From assembly GCA_038087875.1 (NCBI GenBank), contig CM075988.1, positions 620,001 to 684,000 on the forward strand: a DNA stretch of 64,000 nt, written 5' to 3'. This DNA comes from Malacoraja senta. Lineage: Eukaryota. The number at the start of each line of letters is the position of its first letter. Within the stretch, counting starts at the first letter, position 1. This document shows positions 10,230-22,641 of the stretch, in pieces. The position numbers and the translations under genes are program-made. A model generated the notes under the pieces. That model was not told the origin of the DNA and did not search any database. It saw nothing but the letters and a program-made list of their open reading frames with translations.

Positions 10230-12996
10230 CTAGGAGCAGAATTAGGCCATTTGGCTCATCAAGTCTACTCTACCATTCAATCATGGCTGACTTATCATTC
10301 CCTCTCAACCCCATTCTCTTGCTTTTGCTCCATAACCCCAACACCCTCACCAATTAAGAATCTGTCAATCTCCACCTTCCATCGATTTGCCCTCCACAGC
10401 CGTCTATGGCAATGAATTCCACAGATACACCACCCTCCGACTAAAGAAATTCCTGCTCATCTCCTTTCTAAAGGTACGTCCTTTTATTTTGAGGCTATGG
10501 CCTCTGGTTCTAGACTCTCTCACTAGTGGAAATATCCTCTCCACATTCACTCTATCCAGGCCTTACACTATTCAGCAAGTTTCAATGAGTTCCCCCCTCA
10601 TCTTTCTAAACTTCAGCGAGTACAGGCCCAAACTCTCATCATATGTTAACCCATTCATTCCTGGGATCATTCTCATAAACCTCCTCTGGACCCTCTCCAA
10701 TGCTAGCACATCCTTCCTCAGATATGTGGCCAAAAACAGCTCACAATACTCCAAATGTGGTCTGATCAGTGCCTTTTAAAGCCTCAGCCTACATCCCTCT
10801 TTTTTATTCTAGCACTCAAAATCAGGCATTCGCCTTCCTTACTACCGATTCGATTTGCAAATTATTTTTTGGGGGAATCCTGCACCAGCACTCCCATGTT
10901 CCTTTGCACCTCTGATTTCTGAATTACCTCCCCACTTAGAAAACAGTCTACGCCTTTATTCATACTACCAACACACACGACTCCACACTTTGCTACGCAG
11001 TATTCCATCTGCCACTTCTCTGCCCACTCTCCCAACCTGTCCAAGTCCTTCTGCAGAGTCCCTGCTTTCTCTGCACTACCTGCCCCTCCACCTATTTTCG
11101 TATCACCTGCAAACTGGGCCACAAAGCCTTCAATCCCTTCATCCAAATCACTAATATACAACGAGAAGAATCGCGGCCCCAGCACTGACCCCTGCGGAAC
11201 TCCGCTAGTTACTGGCAGCCCCCTTTATTGCCATCCAGCTATCCATGCTAGTATCTGCCCTATGATAGCAATTGCTTGCATCTTCATTAGCAGCCTCACG
11301 TGCAGCATCTTAAAGGCCTTCTGAAAATTCTGTCTATCTTCTGTCTATCCTGTTACTTCCTCAAAGAATTCCAACAGGTTCATCAGGCAAGATCTCCCTT
11401 TCACAAAACCATGTTGGCTTTGCCCTTATTTATTGTATGCTTCTACGTGCTCAGAAACCTCATCTTTTAAAGTGGCCTATAGTTTCCACTCTTCTGCCTC
11501 GCTCCCTTCTTGAACAGCAGAGCTATATTTGCATTTTTCCTATCATCTGGAACCACCCCCTTCATGAAAGATCACTACTAATGCCTCCACAAACTCTAAA
11601 GGCACCTCTTTCAGAACCCTAGGGTTACAGACCAGGTTACTTATCCACCTTCAGACCCTCAGCTTCACAAGCACCTTCTCTTTAGTGACAGTCATTCGAT
11701 GAACTTCAACCCCCTGACTGGACAAGCTAGAAGCAGGAAAAATGTTCCCAATGTTGGGTGAGTCCAGAACCAGGGACCACAGTCTTAGAATAAAGGGGAG
11801 GTCATTTAAGACTGAGGTAAGAAAAAACATTTTCACCCAGAGTTGTACAGGGCTCTGGTAAGACCACATCTGGAGTATTGTGTACAGTTTTGGTCTCCTA
11901 ATTTGAGGAAGGACATCCTTGTGATTGAGGCAGTGCAGCGTAGGTTCACGAGATTGATCCCTGGGATGGCGGGACTGACATACTGTATGAGGAAAGATTG
12001 AAAAGACTAGGCTTGTATTCACTGGAGTTTAGAAGGATGAGGGGCTTTCTTAGAGAAACATATAAAATTACAAAACGACTGGACAAGCTAGATGCAAGAA
12101 AAATGTTCCCAATTTTGGGCGAGTCCAGAACCAGGGGCCACAGTCTTAGAATAAAGGGGAGGCTATTTAAGACTGAGGTAAGAAAAAACATTTTCACCCA
12201 GAGAGTTGTGAATTTGTGGAATTCCCTGCCACAGAGGGCAGTGGAGGCCAAATCACTGGATGGATTTAAGAGAGAGTTAGATAGAGCTCTAGGGGCTAGT
12301 GGAGTCAAGGGATATGGGGAGAAGGTAGGCACGGGTTATTGATTGGGGACGATCAGCCATGATCACAATGAATGGCGGTGTTGGCTCGAAGGGCCGAATG
12401 GCCTCCTCCTGGACCTATTTTCTATGTTTCTATGACTCTCTTGTTCTGGCACGTTGCTGTCTGATGCAAAAAAGTTATTCAATTCCATTGCCATTTCTTT
12501 ATTCCCCATTATCACTTCTCCAGCACCATTTTGCAGCAGCCCACTGCCCACTCTCGCCTCTTTATATATCTGAAGAAACTTAAAAAAAAATCCTTTAAAT
12601 TATTGGCTAGCTTACTTTCCTATTTCATGTTTTCTTCCTGGATTGCCTTTTTGGTTACCTTCTGTTGTTTTTAAAAGCTTCCCAATCCTCTGGCATCTTT
12701 GCAATGCCTTCTTTTTTAGTTTTACGCTGTCTCTGGCCTCTCCTTGTCAGCCACAGTCGCCTCATTTTCCCATTAGAATCTGTCTTCCTCTTTGGAATGC
12801 AATGATCCTGCATCGTCTGAATTGTTCCCAGAAATTCCTGCCATTGCTGTTCCACTATCATTCCTGCTAGGGTCAAATTTGGCCAGCTCCCATCTCATTC
12901 CTCTGTAGGCACGATTGTTCAACAGCCATACCAACATATCCAATTTCATCTTCTCCCTCAAATTGTAGGTTGAATGTTATCATATTATGGTCACTA
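10230..12996 (-). mobile_element. Degraded CR1 LINE in survivin intron 1, interrupted at 11720-12432
   Basis: RT fragments (FAGDTKIGG, RKDVLALERVQRRF) and a CR1 3' tail; many stops and deletions. Confidence 0.85.
11716..12432 (+). mobile_element. 5'-truncated CR1 copy with an extra 3' segment at its 5' end
   Basis: RT C-terminus ORF 11998-12342, TTTCTATG tail, flanking TGACT duplication. Confidence 0.88.
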
Positions 12997-13375
12997 TGAT
13001 CAGGTAGGTTAAGAAGGACTGAGCGGAGGTGTTCAGTAAAACGATCGTCGAGCCTGCGCTTGGTCTCGCCGATGTACATAAGTTGACACCTGGAACAGTG
13101 GATACAGTAGATGAGGTTGGAGGAGGTGCAGGTGAACCTCTGCCTCACCTGGAAAGACTGTTTGGGTCCTTGGATGGAGTCGAGGGGGGAGGTAAAGAGA
13201 CAGGTGTTGCATCTCTTGCGTTTGCTGGGGAAAGTACCTGTGGTTTGGGTGAGAAGGGACGAGTTGACCATGGAGTTTCGGAGGGAACAGTCTCTGCGGA
13301 AAGCAGAAAAGGGTGGAGATGGGAACATGGGGCCACTAGTGGGATCCCAATGGAGGTGGCGAAAACGTCGGAGAA
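12997..13375 (-). mobile_element. Penelope-like element fragment (GIY-YIG endonuclease)
   Basis: NLIYCIHCSRCQLMYIGETKRRLDDRFTEHLRSV in ORF 12873-13328. Confidence 0.85.
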
Positions 13376-13377
13376 AA

Positions 13378-13630
13378 CCAGAGACCCGGGTTCGATCCTA
13401 ACTACGAATGCTGTCTGTATGGAGTTTGTATGTTCTCCCTGTGACTTGCCTGGGTTTTCTCCGAGAACTTCGGATTCCTCCCACACTCTACAGGTTTGTT
13501 GGTTAATTGGCTTGGTATCAATGTAAATTGTCCCAAGTATGTTTAGGATAGTGTTAGTGTGTGGGGATCGTTGGTCAGTGCAGACTAGGTGGCCTGAAGG
13601 GCCCATATCTGCACTGTATCTCTTAAACTC
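13378..13630 (+). mobile_element. tRNA-derived SINE (V-SINE/HE1-like)
   Basis: B-box GGTTCGATCC, central GGAGTTTGTATGTTCTCCC domain and a CR1-like tail; related copies elsewhere in the window. Confidence 0.8.
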
Positions 13631-13870
13631 AATAACCAATAAGAATCAATTTAGATTTCTAAATGTTCTAGTTAATTGGAGATAACTCTGCCTGCAAAAG
13701 AACAATTGAAATTAGGTAATGTATACACGTTATAAATGTACACATAGGTGTCACATTTAGAAAGGCTTGGAGCACAGAAACAGGCTTGGCCCAAGTCATC
13801 CATGCCAACCAAGATGCCCCATCTATGTAAGTCCCATTTGCCCACATCACTGCTGTTATTGTACCTGTAC

Positions 13871-16447
13871 CAGGGCCGGCCTTAGGAGGTGCGGGGCCCA
13901 ATTGGGAACAATTTTGGTGAGCCCCAGGTTCCCAGCCAAGGTCTGTAGATTCATGGAAATATAATTAAAGTCTATTATAGACTTTATATCTCTCTGGTAA
14001 AATGGAAAGTAATCAAAATGTGCGCTTAAACAGTGCCTGCGACTTAATGGAACAAAGAGATCTAAGGTACATTTTAATATAAACTTACATACATGTAAGT
14101 CTACAAGTAACAAACTAAATGTGTAGATCACCTCTGAAAAGTACATAGTTACAATACCACTTGTTTTAGTGACTGAAATGGAAAAAAAAGTAATTTAATT
14201 AAATAGATCCTGGAAAACCGATAACCATTGGTGAAAAACCAGTCCAGGCATTAAATTTGGGGCTTCAGCCTCATCCTACCCTTTGGGCTTCTACCCCATC
14301 CTAACTTAGTTAGAAACATAGAAACATAGAAAATAGGTGCAGGAGGAGGCCATTCGGCCCTTTGATCCAGCACCGCCATTCATTGTGATCATGGCTGATC
14401 GTCCCCTATCAATCACCTGTGCCTGCCTTCTCCCCATATCCCTTGACTCCACTAACCCCTAGAGCTCTATCTAACTCTCTCTTAAATCCATCCAGTGATT
14501 TGGCCTCCACTGCCCTCTGTGGCAGGGAATTCCATAAATTCACAACTCTCTGGGTGAAAAAGTTTTTTCTCACCTCAGTCTTAAATGACCTCCCCTTTAT
14601 TCTAAGACTGTGGCCCCTGGTTCTGGACTCGCCCAACATTGGGAACATTTTTCCTGCATCTAGCTTGTCCAGTCCTTTTATAATTTTATATGTTTCTATA
14701 ACATTCCCCCTCATCCTTCTAAACTCCAGTAAATACAAGCCTAGTCTTTTCAATCTTCCCTCATATGACAGTCCCACCATCCCACGGATCAATCTCGTGA
14801 ACCTACGCTGCACTGCCTCAATCACAAGGATGTCATTCCTCAAATTAGGAGACCAAAACTGTACACAATACTCCAGATGTGGTCTTACCAGAGCCCTATA
14901 CAACTGCAGAAGAACCTCTTTACTCCTATACTGAAATCCTCTTGTTATGAAGGCCAACATCCCATTAGCTTTCTTCACTGCCTGCTGTACCTGCACGCCA
15001 ACTTTCAGTGACCGGTGTACAAGGACACCCAGGTCTCGCTGTACCTCGCCCTTACCTAACCTAACCCCATTGAGATAATAATCTGCCCTCTTGTTTTTGC
15101 CGCCAAAGTGGATAACCTCACATTTATCTATATTATACTGCATCTACCACGCATTTGCCCACTCACTCAACCTGTCCAGGTCACCCTGCAACCTCCTAAC
15201 ATCCTCTTCACAGTTCACACTGCCACCCAGCTTTGTGTCATCCGCAAACTTGCTAGTGTTGCTCCTAATTCCCTCTTCCAAATCATTAATATATGGTAAA
15301 CAGTTGCGGCCCCAACACCGAGCCTTGCGGCACTCCACTCGCCACTGCCTGCCATTCTGAAAAGGACCCGTTCACTCCTACTCTTTGCTTCCGGTCTGCC
15401 AACCAATTTTCTATCCATGTCAACACCCTACCCCCAATACCATGTGCTCTAATTTTAGTCACCAGACTCCCATGCGGGACCTTATCAAAGGCTTTCTGAA
15501 AGTCTAGATACACTACATCCATTGGCACCCCTTCATCCATTTTACTTGTCACATCCTCATAAAATTCCAGAAGATTAGTCAAGCATGATTTCCCTTTCAT
15601 AAATCCATGTTGACGGACTAATCCATTTACTGCTATCCAAATGCCCCATTATTACCTCTTTAATAGAGGGACCAGCATCTTTCCCACCACCGAAGTCTGG
15701 CTAACTGGTCTGTAATTCCCCGTTTTCTCTCTCGCTCCTTTCTTGAAAAGTGGGATAACATTAGCTATCCTCCAATCCACAGGAACTGATCCTGAATCTA
15801 TTGAACATTGGAAAATGATCACCAATGCGTCCATTATTTCTAGAGCCACCTCCCTGATGACCCTGGGATGCAGACCATCAGGCCCAGGGGATTTATCATC
15901 CTTCAGTCCCATTAGCCTACCCAATACTATTTCTCGCCTAATGAAAATTTCTTTCAGTTCCTCTGTGTGCGTTAGTTGTCTGTGCGTGATGTGTGTGTGG
16001 GAGGGAAGAAGAGAAGGGAGGAAGGACAGAAGGGAGGGAGGGAAGTAGAGAAAGGAGGGAGGGAAGGAGAGAAAGAAGGGATGGAGCGAATGAGAGAAGG
16101 GAAAAGAGAGAGAAAGGAGGGAGGGAAGGAGAGAAGGGGTCCGGGCGGACGGGTGTGAGCTGAGGCCGATGTAAACGTTGCTCCAACCCCCGGCCCAGCC
16201 CTCCGTGTATTGTTCACCGCGTCTCCCTGGGGAGAGTGAGGGGTGGAGCCGGGGCTGTGTGTGTGAAGCACAGCGACTAGAGGGGCGGGAGCGCTGCCGT
16301 GAGCGAACGACCCACCTCCCCCTCCCCATTCCCCCTCTCTCTCTCCCCCCTCCACCCGAGCCGAGAGTAGATAACTCTGGCGCGGGGCCCCCTTACTCGC
16401 GGGCCCAATTGGGAGCAATCGGTCCAATCGGCTTAAGGCCAGCCCTG
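13871..16447. mobile_element. Non-autonomous hAT-like DNA transposon containing a CR1 insert
   Basis: TIRs CAGGGCCGGCCTTA / TAAGGCCAGCCCTG; 8-bp TSD ACCTGTAC (13863-13870) / ACCTGCAC (16448-16455). Confidence 0.85.
14311..15964 (-). mobile_element. 5'-truncated CR1 LINE (RT region)
   Basis: ORFs 14409-15143, 15144-15338 and 15286-15600 (YLDFQKAFDKV, GVPQGSVLGP, FADDTK); same family as 48151-56904. Confidence 0.93.
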
Positions 16448-17294
16448 ACCTGCACCATTCCATATATCCACCATACTGTGTTGCCCCTCTGGTTCCTATT
16501 AAATGTTTCCACTCTTGCCCTAAACCTATGCTCTTGATTCCCCTGGTAAAAAGATTACTCACCCCATCCATTCACTTCTTGTGTTTTATACACCTTTATA
16601 AGTTCACCCCTCAATCTCCTGGACTCCAAGTATTGAAGTCTTAGCCTATTCAATCTCCCTATAGCTCAAGCCCTCGTCCTGACAACATCTTTGTAAATCG
16701 CTGCACTCTTTGTAACTGAACAGCACCCTTCCTGTAATAACACAAACAAAACTGAACACATTGCTCTGTCAATTTCTGTTTGCATTGGAAACCAACTTTC
16801 AATGCCCCCACTCCCCCTCCAAATCCCGACCAGAGGAACAATGTTACCACTTTCATATTTCCCAGTTAAATAAATCAAATCACAAAAAATATTGTCCTCC
16901 GTATTAACCCGAGATTAACTCCAGCTCTAGGGCTGTGATCTGTCATAGAAAAAACAAATTTTTCTCTGAATTAAGTTAAAATTCAAATGGAATTTTATAC
17001 ATAACTGTAGTGGAACAAGATCTTTCATTTCTGTCTGGTATTTATTTCGAAGGGAAACATAACTATATACAGATGAATGCAAGGAAAGAAGAAGTAATAT
17101 AAAAACGGACGTCCATATTCTTCACACTCTGACAAAAATAAAAAGTGTCTTATTACCAAGAACTAGGTCTTTATCAGCTACATGCAACAGACAGTTTACA
17201 TCAAAGTATGGGACATTCCCATTGGCTCATGGCTCAGTTACCGTGAGGTACCAATATCTTCACCCAAAATGGTGACATTCAATATGTTCAGAAG

Positions 17295-18600
17295 TGATAG
17301 GAGCAGAATTAGGCCATTCGGCCCATCAAGTTTACTCTGCCATTCTTCCTCCTGGCCCTATTCTCCTGCCTTCTACCCATAACCGGCCCGAACTAATCAA
17401 GAATCTAACTATCTCTGCCATAATAATATCCATTGACGGCCTCCACAGCCTCCTGTGGCAATGAATTGCACAGATTCATCACCCTCTGACTAAAGGAACT
17501 ACCTTTAATTCTGAAGCTATGACCTTTGTCCAAGACTATCCCATTAGTGGAAGCATCCTCTCCACATCCACTCTATCGAGGCCTTTCACTATTCGGTAAG
17601 TTTAAATGAGATTCCCCCCCACCCCCCTCATCCTTCTAAACTCCAGTGAGTAGAGGCCCAGTGTCGTCAGAAGCTCAGCATATGTTAACCCACTCATTCC
17701 TGGGATCATTCTCGTAAACCTCCCTTGAACCCTCTTCGGAGCCAGCACATCCTTCCTCAGATATGAGGTCCAAAATTGCTCACAATACTCCAGTGCCTTA
17801 TAGAGACTCAGCATTACATCCCTGCTTTTGTACTCCTTTCGAAATAAATTGCATTTGCTTCCTTATTACTGATTCGACTTGCAAATTAACTTTTTGGGAA
17901 TCCTGCACCAGCACTCCAGAGTCCCCTTGCACCTCAGATTTCCTGATTTTCTCCCCATTTACAAAATAGTCTAAGTCTTTATTCCTACTATCAGAATTAT
18001 TAACTCCACATTTTGTTCACTATATTCCATCTGCCACTTCTCTGCCCACTCTCCAAACCTGTCGAAATCCTTCTGCAGTCCCTGCATTTTTCTGCACTTC
18101 CTGTCCCTCTACCTATTTCCGTATAATCTGCAAACTTGCCCACAAAGCCTTCAATCCCCTTATCCAAATCAGTAATATACAATGTGAAGAGTAACGGCCC
18201 CAGCTCACCCTGCAGAACACCGCTAGTCACAGGCTGCCAACCAGAAAAAGCCCTCTTTACTGCCACTCAGCCTTCTGGCATCCAGCTGACCTGCTATCCA
18301 TGTTAGTACCTTCCCTTTGATACCATGGGCTCTCATCACCTTTAGCAGCCTCACGTGCAGCACCTCATCAAAGGCTTACTGAAGATCAAGGTAAACAACA
18401 TTCACTGACTCGCCTTTGTCTGATCTGCTATTTACTTCCTCAAAGAACTCCAGCAAATCATCAGGCAAGATCTCCCCTTCACAAAACCATGCTGATTTCA
18501 GCCTATGTTATCATGAACTTCTAAGTACCCCGTAACCTCAACCTTTATAATGAACTCCCAAATCTTACTAATCATTGAAGTCAGGTTAACCAGCCCAATA
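17295..18600 (-). mobile_element. Degraded CR1 LINE
   Basis: RT remnants in ORFs 17602-17814 and 18000-18266; CR1 3' tail. Confidence 0.82.
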
Positions 18601-18920
18601 TCTCAATTCACAGGGTCATTTAAATCTGAAGATGAGCCCAGTCACTTCCCTTGGATGAAGCAGTGTTTGAGTTTTAACCCAATTCAAAGTAAAACTGTTT
18701 TCACAAACCAGATCACAGCCCAAGAGCAAATGTGTATTATAATCCACTTCCAAATGTTCCAGGCAGGAACAGACAACTATAAAATATTCCTGAAAAACAG
18801 TCCAACACCTAAACTATAGATTTCATGAAACAACACTTTAGTCCATTTACAGAAAAATTACTCATCAGGAAACAGGTCCCAAATTAATCTCATTGCTTTC
18901 TCATCCATCCCCATGCTCAC

Positions 18921-19037
18921 ATTCTCTGGTGTACAGCAGCAGTTCTCAGTGAATGGCCAGTTTCTGAAGGTGGCTATCCGATTTTCATACACATACATTA
19001 ACTTGTACTCTAACAAGCAAGCAACATGGTCAACCAT
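18921..19037 (-). CDS. BIRC5: Survivin coding exon 1
   Basis: Kozak-like ACGATGG; MVDHVACLLEYKLMYVYENRIATFRNWPFTENCCCTPEN; donor AAT|GTGAGC in phase 0. The joined CDS is 441 nt (146 aa) with no stops. Confidence 0.93.
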
Positions 19038-19090
19038 CGTGCTGCAAACACCGTTCCACACCCTTCCTGCAGGCTGATAATCAGCAACAG

Positions 19091-19132
19091 CCAATTAGGC
19101 ACAATCAAGCCTTATTGAAAGAGTAAACCAAT
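19091..19132 (-). promoter_or_regulatory. Two CCAAT boxes in the putative survivin proximal promoter
   Basis: CCAAT at 19091-19095 and 19128-19132 (ATTGG on the gene strand), 54-95 bp upstream of the ATG. Tandem NF-Y sites are typical of G2/M genes. The TSS is unknown. Confidence 0.4.
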
Positions 19133-19162
19133 AACAGAGAGCTAAGCACTGGCGAAGCACCA

Positions 19163-21975
19163 TGTTAAGTGAAATGCTCTGGCAAGTCGAGACAGTCGGG
19201 TATAACAAAGTTCTTTATTTTTTCAAATGAAAATAAAGTGATTACCCGAGTAACAGCCAAAATTAATTGCTCGAACCGCGAGGAGCTCGAATGAATGGTT
19301 TGCCAGAAACCCGCGCTCACGTGACCACGCCAGCCAATAGCGAGGTTTCGACATTACCCGGGCCACCAGTAGGTGCCACTACAGGATCCAATCAGAACCC
19401 GAGGTACGGAACCGAGCAGGAGGCTGGACATGGCGACCGCAATGCGTGGTAACAACGGACGGGTGCGGGCGATACAGGTGGCAGAACAGAGCCAGGGGAC
19501 AGTAATGGTGCAGGGGGAGCCGAAACAACAGGTGATGGGGAACAGGCACATCCAGGTGGGCCGGCTTAACATAGAAACATAGAAAATAGGTGTAGGAGAC
19601 CATTCAGCCCTTCGAGCCAGTACCGCCATTCATTGCGATCATGGCTGATCGTCCACAATCAATAACCCGTGCCTGCCTTCTCCCCATATCCCTTGATTCC
19701 ACTAGCCCCAAGCTTAAGTTGGCTTAAGTCGAGCGACAGAGACGATCTCCTCTTTGCCCCTGACGTCCAACAGGAAAGTGGCGATGCCGGGAAGCAACAC
19801 CCGGAACGGACCCTCGTAGATTCGCTGCAGTGGGGACCGATGCGAATCCCTGCGGAGAAACACAAATAGGCAGTTCTTAAGGTCCAGCGGCACGTGCACT
19901 GGGGCTGTCCCATACTGCGAGGTAGGGACAGGAGCCAGGCCGCCCACTCTCTCCCGGAGACTCGCCAAAACTGCCAGGGCAGACTCCGGCTGCCCTTGAG
20001 CCGCAGGGAGGAAATCCCCGGGAACCCGCAAAGTCGAGCCATACACCAACTTGGCGGACGATGTATCCAAGTCCGCTTTAGGGGCCGTGCAACAGGTCGA
20101 CCCAGTCCGGACCCGTGAGCCGTGCCCTCAGTGCCGATTTCAGGTGGCGGTGGAATCGTTCCACTAGCCCGTTGGCCTGGGGGTGATAGGCGGTGATGTG
20201 GTGCAGCTGTGCCCCGTATAGTTTCGCCAGCGAAGCCCACAATGAGGACGTAAACTGTCCCCCCGGTCAGTGGAAATGTCTGCCGGAACCCCGAACCGAG
20301 CAATCCAATGGGCCGCAAGAGCCCGGGAACAAGACGCGGCGGAGGTATCCGACAGCGGAATAGCCTCAGGACACCTCGTAAATTGATCCACAACTGTGAG
20401 GAGATGTGCTGGAAACGGCCCGAGGGAACCACAAAGTCTTCAACTGGGGCCCGTACATGACGCTGAACCTTGGATGTCTGGCAGGGGATGCAGGCTCTAG
20501 CCCAAGCCACGACCTGCTTGCAGAGGCCCTGCCAGACAAAGTTGTCCACCACCAGCGCAGAAGACGCCCGAATTGAAGGGTGGGCCAGGCCACGGATGGC
20601 GTAGAAAATCCGGCGGCACCAATCCATGGGAACAATGGGGCGTGGGCGCCCGGTGGAAACATTGCACAGTACCAACGTTCCTCTACCAACCGCAACCCTG
20701 AAGCAGCCGTCCTGTAGCCATCCATCCCATCGACCGAGCGCTGTGCTGCAGCAAACACCACGTAATCCACACCATGTACCACGGCCGCCACAGGCGAGAG
20801 GGCCGGGCGGGTCAGGGCGTCGGCGACCGTGTTGAACTTCCCGGCCACGTGTCGTACGTCCGTCGTGAACTCTGACACGAATGCCAGGTGTCGTTGCTGT
20901 CGAGCGGACCAGGGGTCTGACACCTTGGCCAAGGCAAACATTAAGGGCTTGTGGTCAGTAAAGGCCGTGAACTGCCTGCCCTCCAGGAAGTATCTAAAGT
21001 GACGGATGGGCAGGCACAGGGCGAGAAGCTCCCGGTCGAATGCATTGTAGTTGCACTCGGAAGACCTCAGCTGACGGCTGAAAAAGGCTAGCGGCTGCTA
21101 GCGGCTGCCCGCGGCAGTCAATGAGCTGCTCCAACACCCCACCCACAGCCGTATCGGAGGCGTTTACTGTGAGAGCAGTCGGGGCTGTGGCCCGCAGGTG
21201 TACCAGCATGGTGGCTTTGGCGAGCGCCTCTTTCTCGCCGTCGAATGCGGCTTCGGCCTCAGTGGACCACACGAGGTCCTGTGGCTTACCAGCGAGGCAC
21301 TGAAACGGGGCGTATGATCCTGGCAGCTGCCGGCACGAAACGATGGTAGAAGTTAACCATGCCGACAAACTCCTGCAGCCCTTTGACAGTGAGTGGCCAG
21401 GGGAACTGCCGGATGGACTCTAACTTAGAGGGTAATGTGGTGGCGCCCTGCGAGGTAACATGATGCCCCAGGAATTAAATTGTGCGGGGGCCGGACTGGC
21501 ATTTGGTGGGATTGACTACGAGTCCATGGTCCTGGAGCGGCTGGAACAGCGCCCGCAGGTGCCTGAAGTGTTCCTGTTGGGAGCGGCTCGCAACCAGGAT
21601 GTCACCTGAGTAGATGAAAATAAAGTCCAATCCCCTACCCACCATGTCCATCAATCTCTGGACCGCCTGCGCGGAGTTTTTTAAACCGAAAGGCATACGG
21701 AGGCACTTGAACAGCCCAAATGGGGTGATGGTGGCGGTCTTTGGGACATCGTCCGGGTGAACAGAGATCTGATGATAACCGCGGACCAGGTCCACCTTCG
21801 GGGAAAAAAGGTAGCGCCTTCCAGCTGAGCCGAGAAGTCTTGGATATGTGGGACAGGGTAGCAGTCCGCGGTCGTAACGGCGGTCAGGCGCCTATAATCC
21901 CCGCATGGTCTCCACCCCCCAGCCGCTATAGGGACCATGTGTAATGGGGATGCCCACTGGCTATCCGAGCGCCGT
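19163..21975 (-). mobile_element. 5'-truncated Ty3/Gypsy element (RT-RH-IN plus 3' LTR 19163-19383)
   Basis: RT (WASPLHMV, DLVRGYHQI, MPFGLKN), RNase H (NASDTAVGGVL) and integrase (AHPS..CIPCQ, YEGPFRVL) fragments. The LTR reads TGTAGTG...AATAAA...CACTTAACA. There is no second LTR, so the boundary at 19163 is inferred. A CR1 tail is inserted at 19570-19709. Confidence 0.85.
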
Positions 21976-22295
21976 AGTTTAGAGAAACAGGCCTTTCGGC
22001 CCACCGGGTCCGCGTCGACCAGTGATCCCCGCACATCAGAATCAGAATCACACTTTATTCGCCAGGTATGTTTTGCAACATACGAGGAATTTAATTGGCC
22101 AGGTCAGTCATACAATTAAAAGCAACAAATCACTCAAAAACACTTTTTTTTAATTTTTAAATTTTTTTAAATTTTTTTTATTAGAAGTACATTAAATTAC
22201 AAAAAAATTACATTAGTACTCATCACGTATATCTTATTACAATTAATGTACTCATACATTTTTTAAAGCTAATAAAAAGAAAAGGTTGAAATTAA

Positions 22296-22641
22296 GATGC
22301 AGGAAGATTGCTCCCGATGTTGGGGAAGTCCAGGACAAGGGGTCACAGCTTAAGGATAAGGGGGAAATCCTTTAAAACCGAGATGAGAAGAACTTTTTCA
22401 CACAGAGAGTGGTGAATCTCTGGAACTCTCTGCCACAGAGGGTAGTTGAGGCCAGTTCATTGGCTATATTTAAGAGGGAGTTAGATGTGGCCCTTGTGGC
22501 TAAAGGGATCAGAGGGTATGGAGAGAAGGCAGGTACGGGATACTGAGTTGGATGATCAGCCATGATCATATTGAATGGTGGTGCAGGCTCGAAGGGCCGA
22601 ATGGCCTACTCCTGCACCTAATTTCTATGTTTCTATGTTTC
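22296..22641 (+). mobile_element. CR1 3' fragment in the L1 3' UTR
   Basis: Matches the 3' end of the 25922-31158 family; TAAGA duplication. Confidence 0.88.

Noticed and set aside
19038..19094. N-terminal extension of the survivin ORF given in the track
   Set aside because: It starts at a non-ATG codon; the ATG at 19037 has a good Kozak context and gives a normal length.
19145..19162. TGGTG after the LTR as a primer binding site
   Set aside because: No extended tRNA match is recognisable, and the LTR lies downstream of integrase, so it is a 3' LTR.
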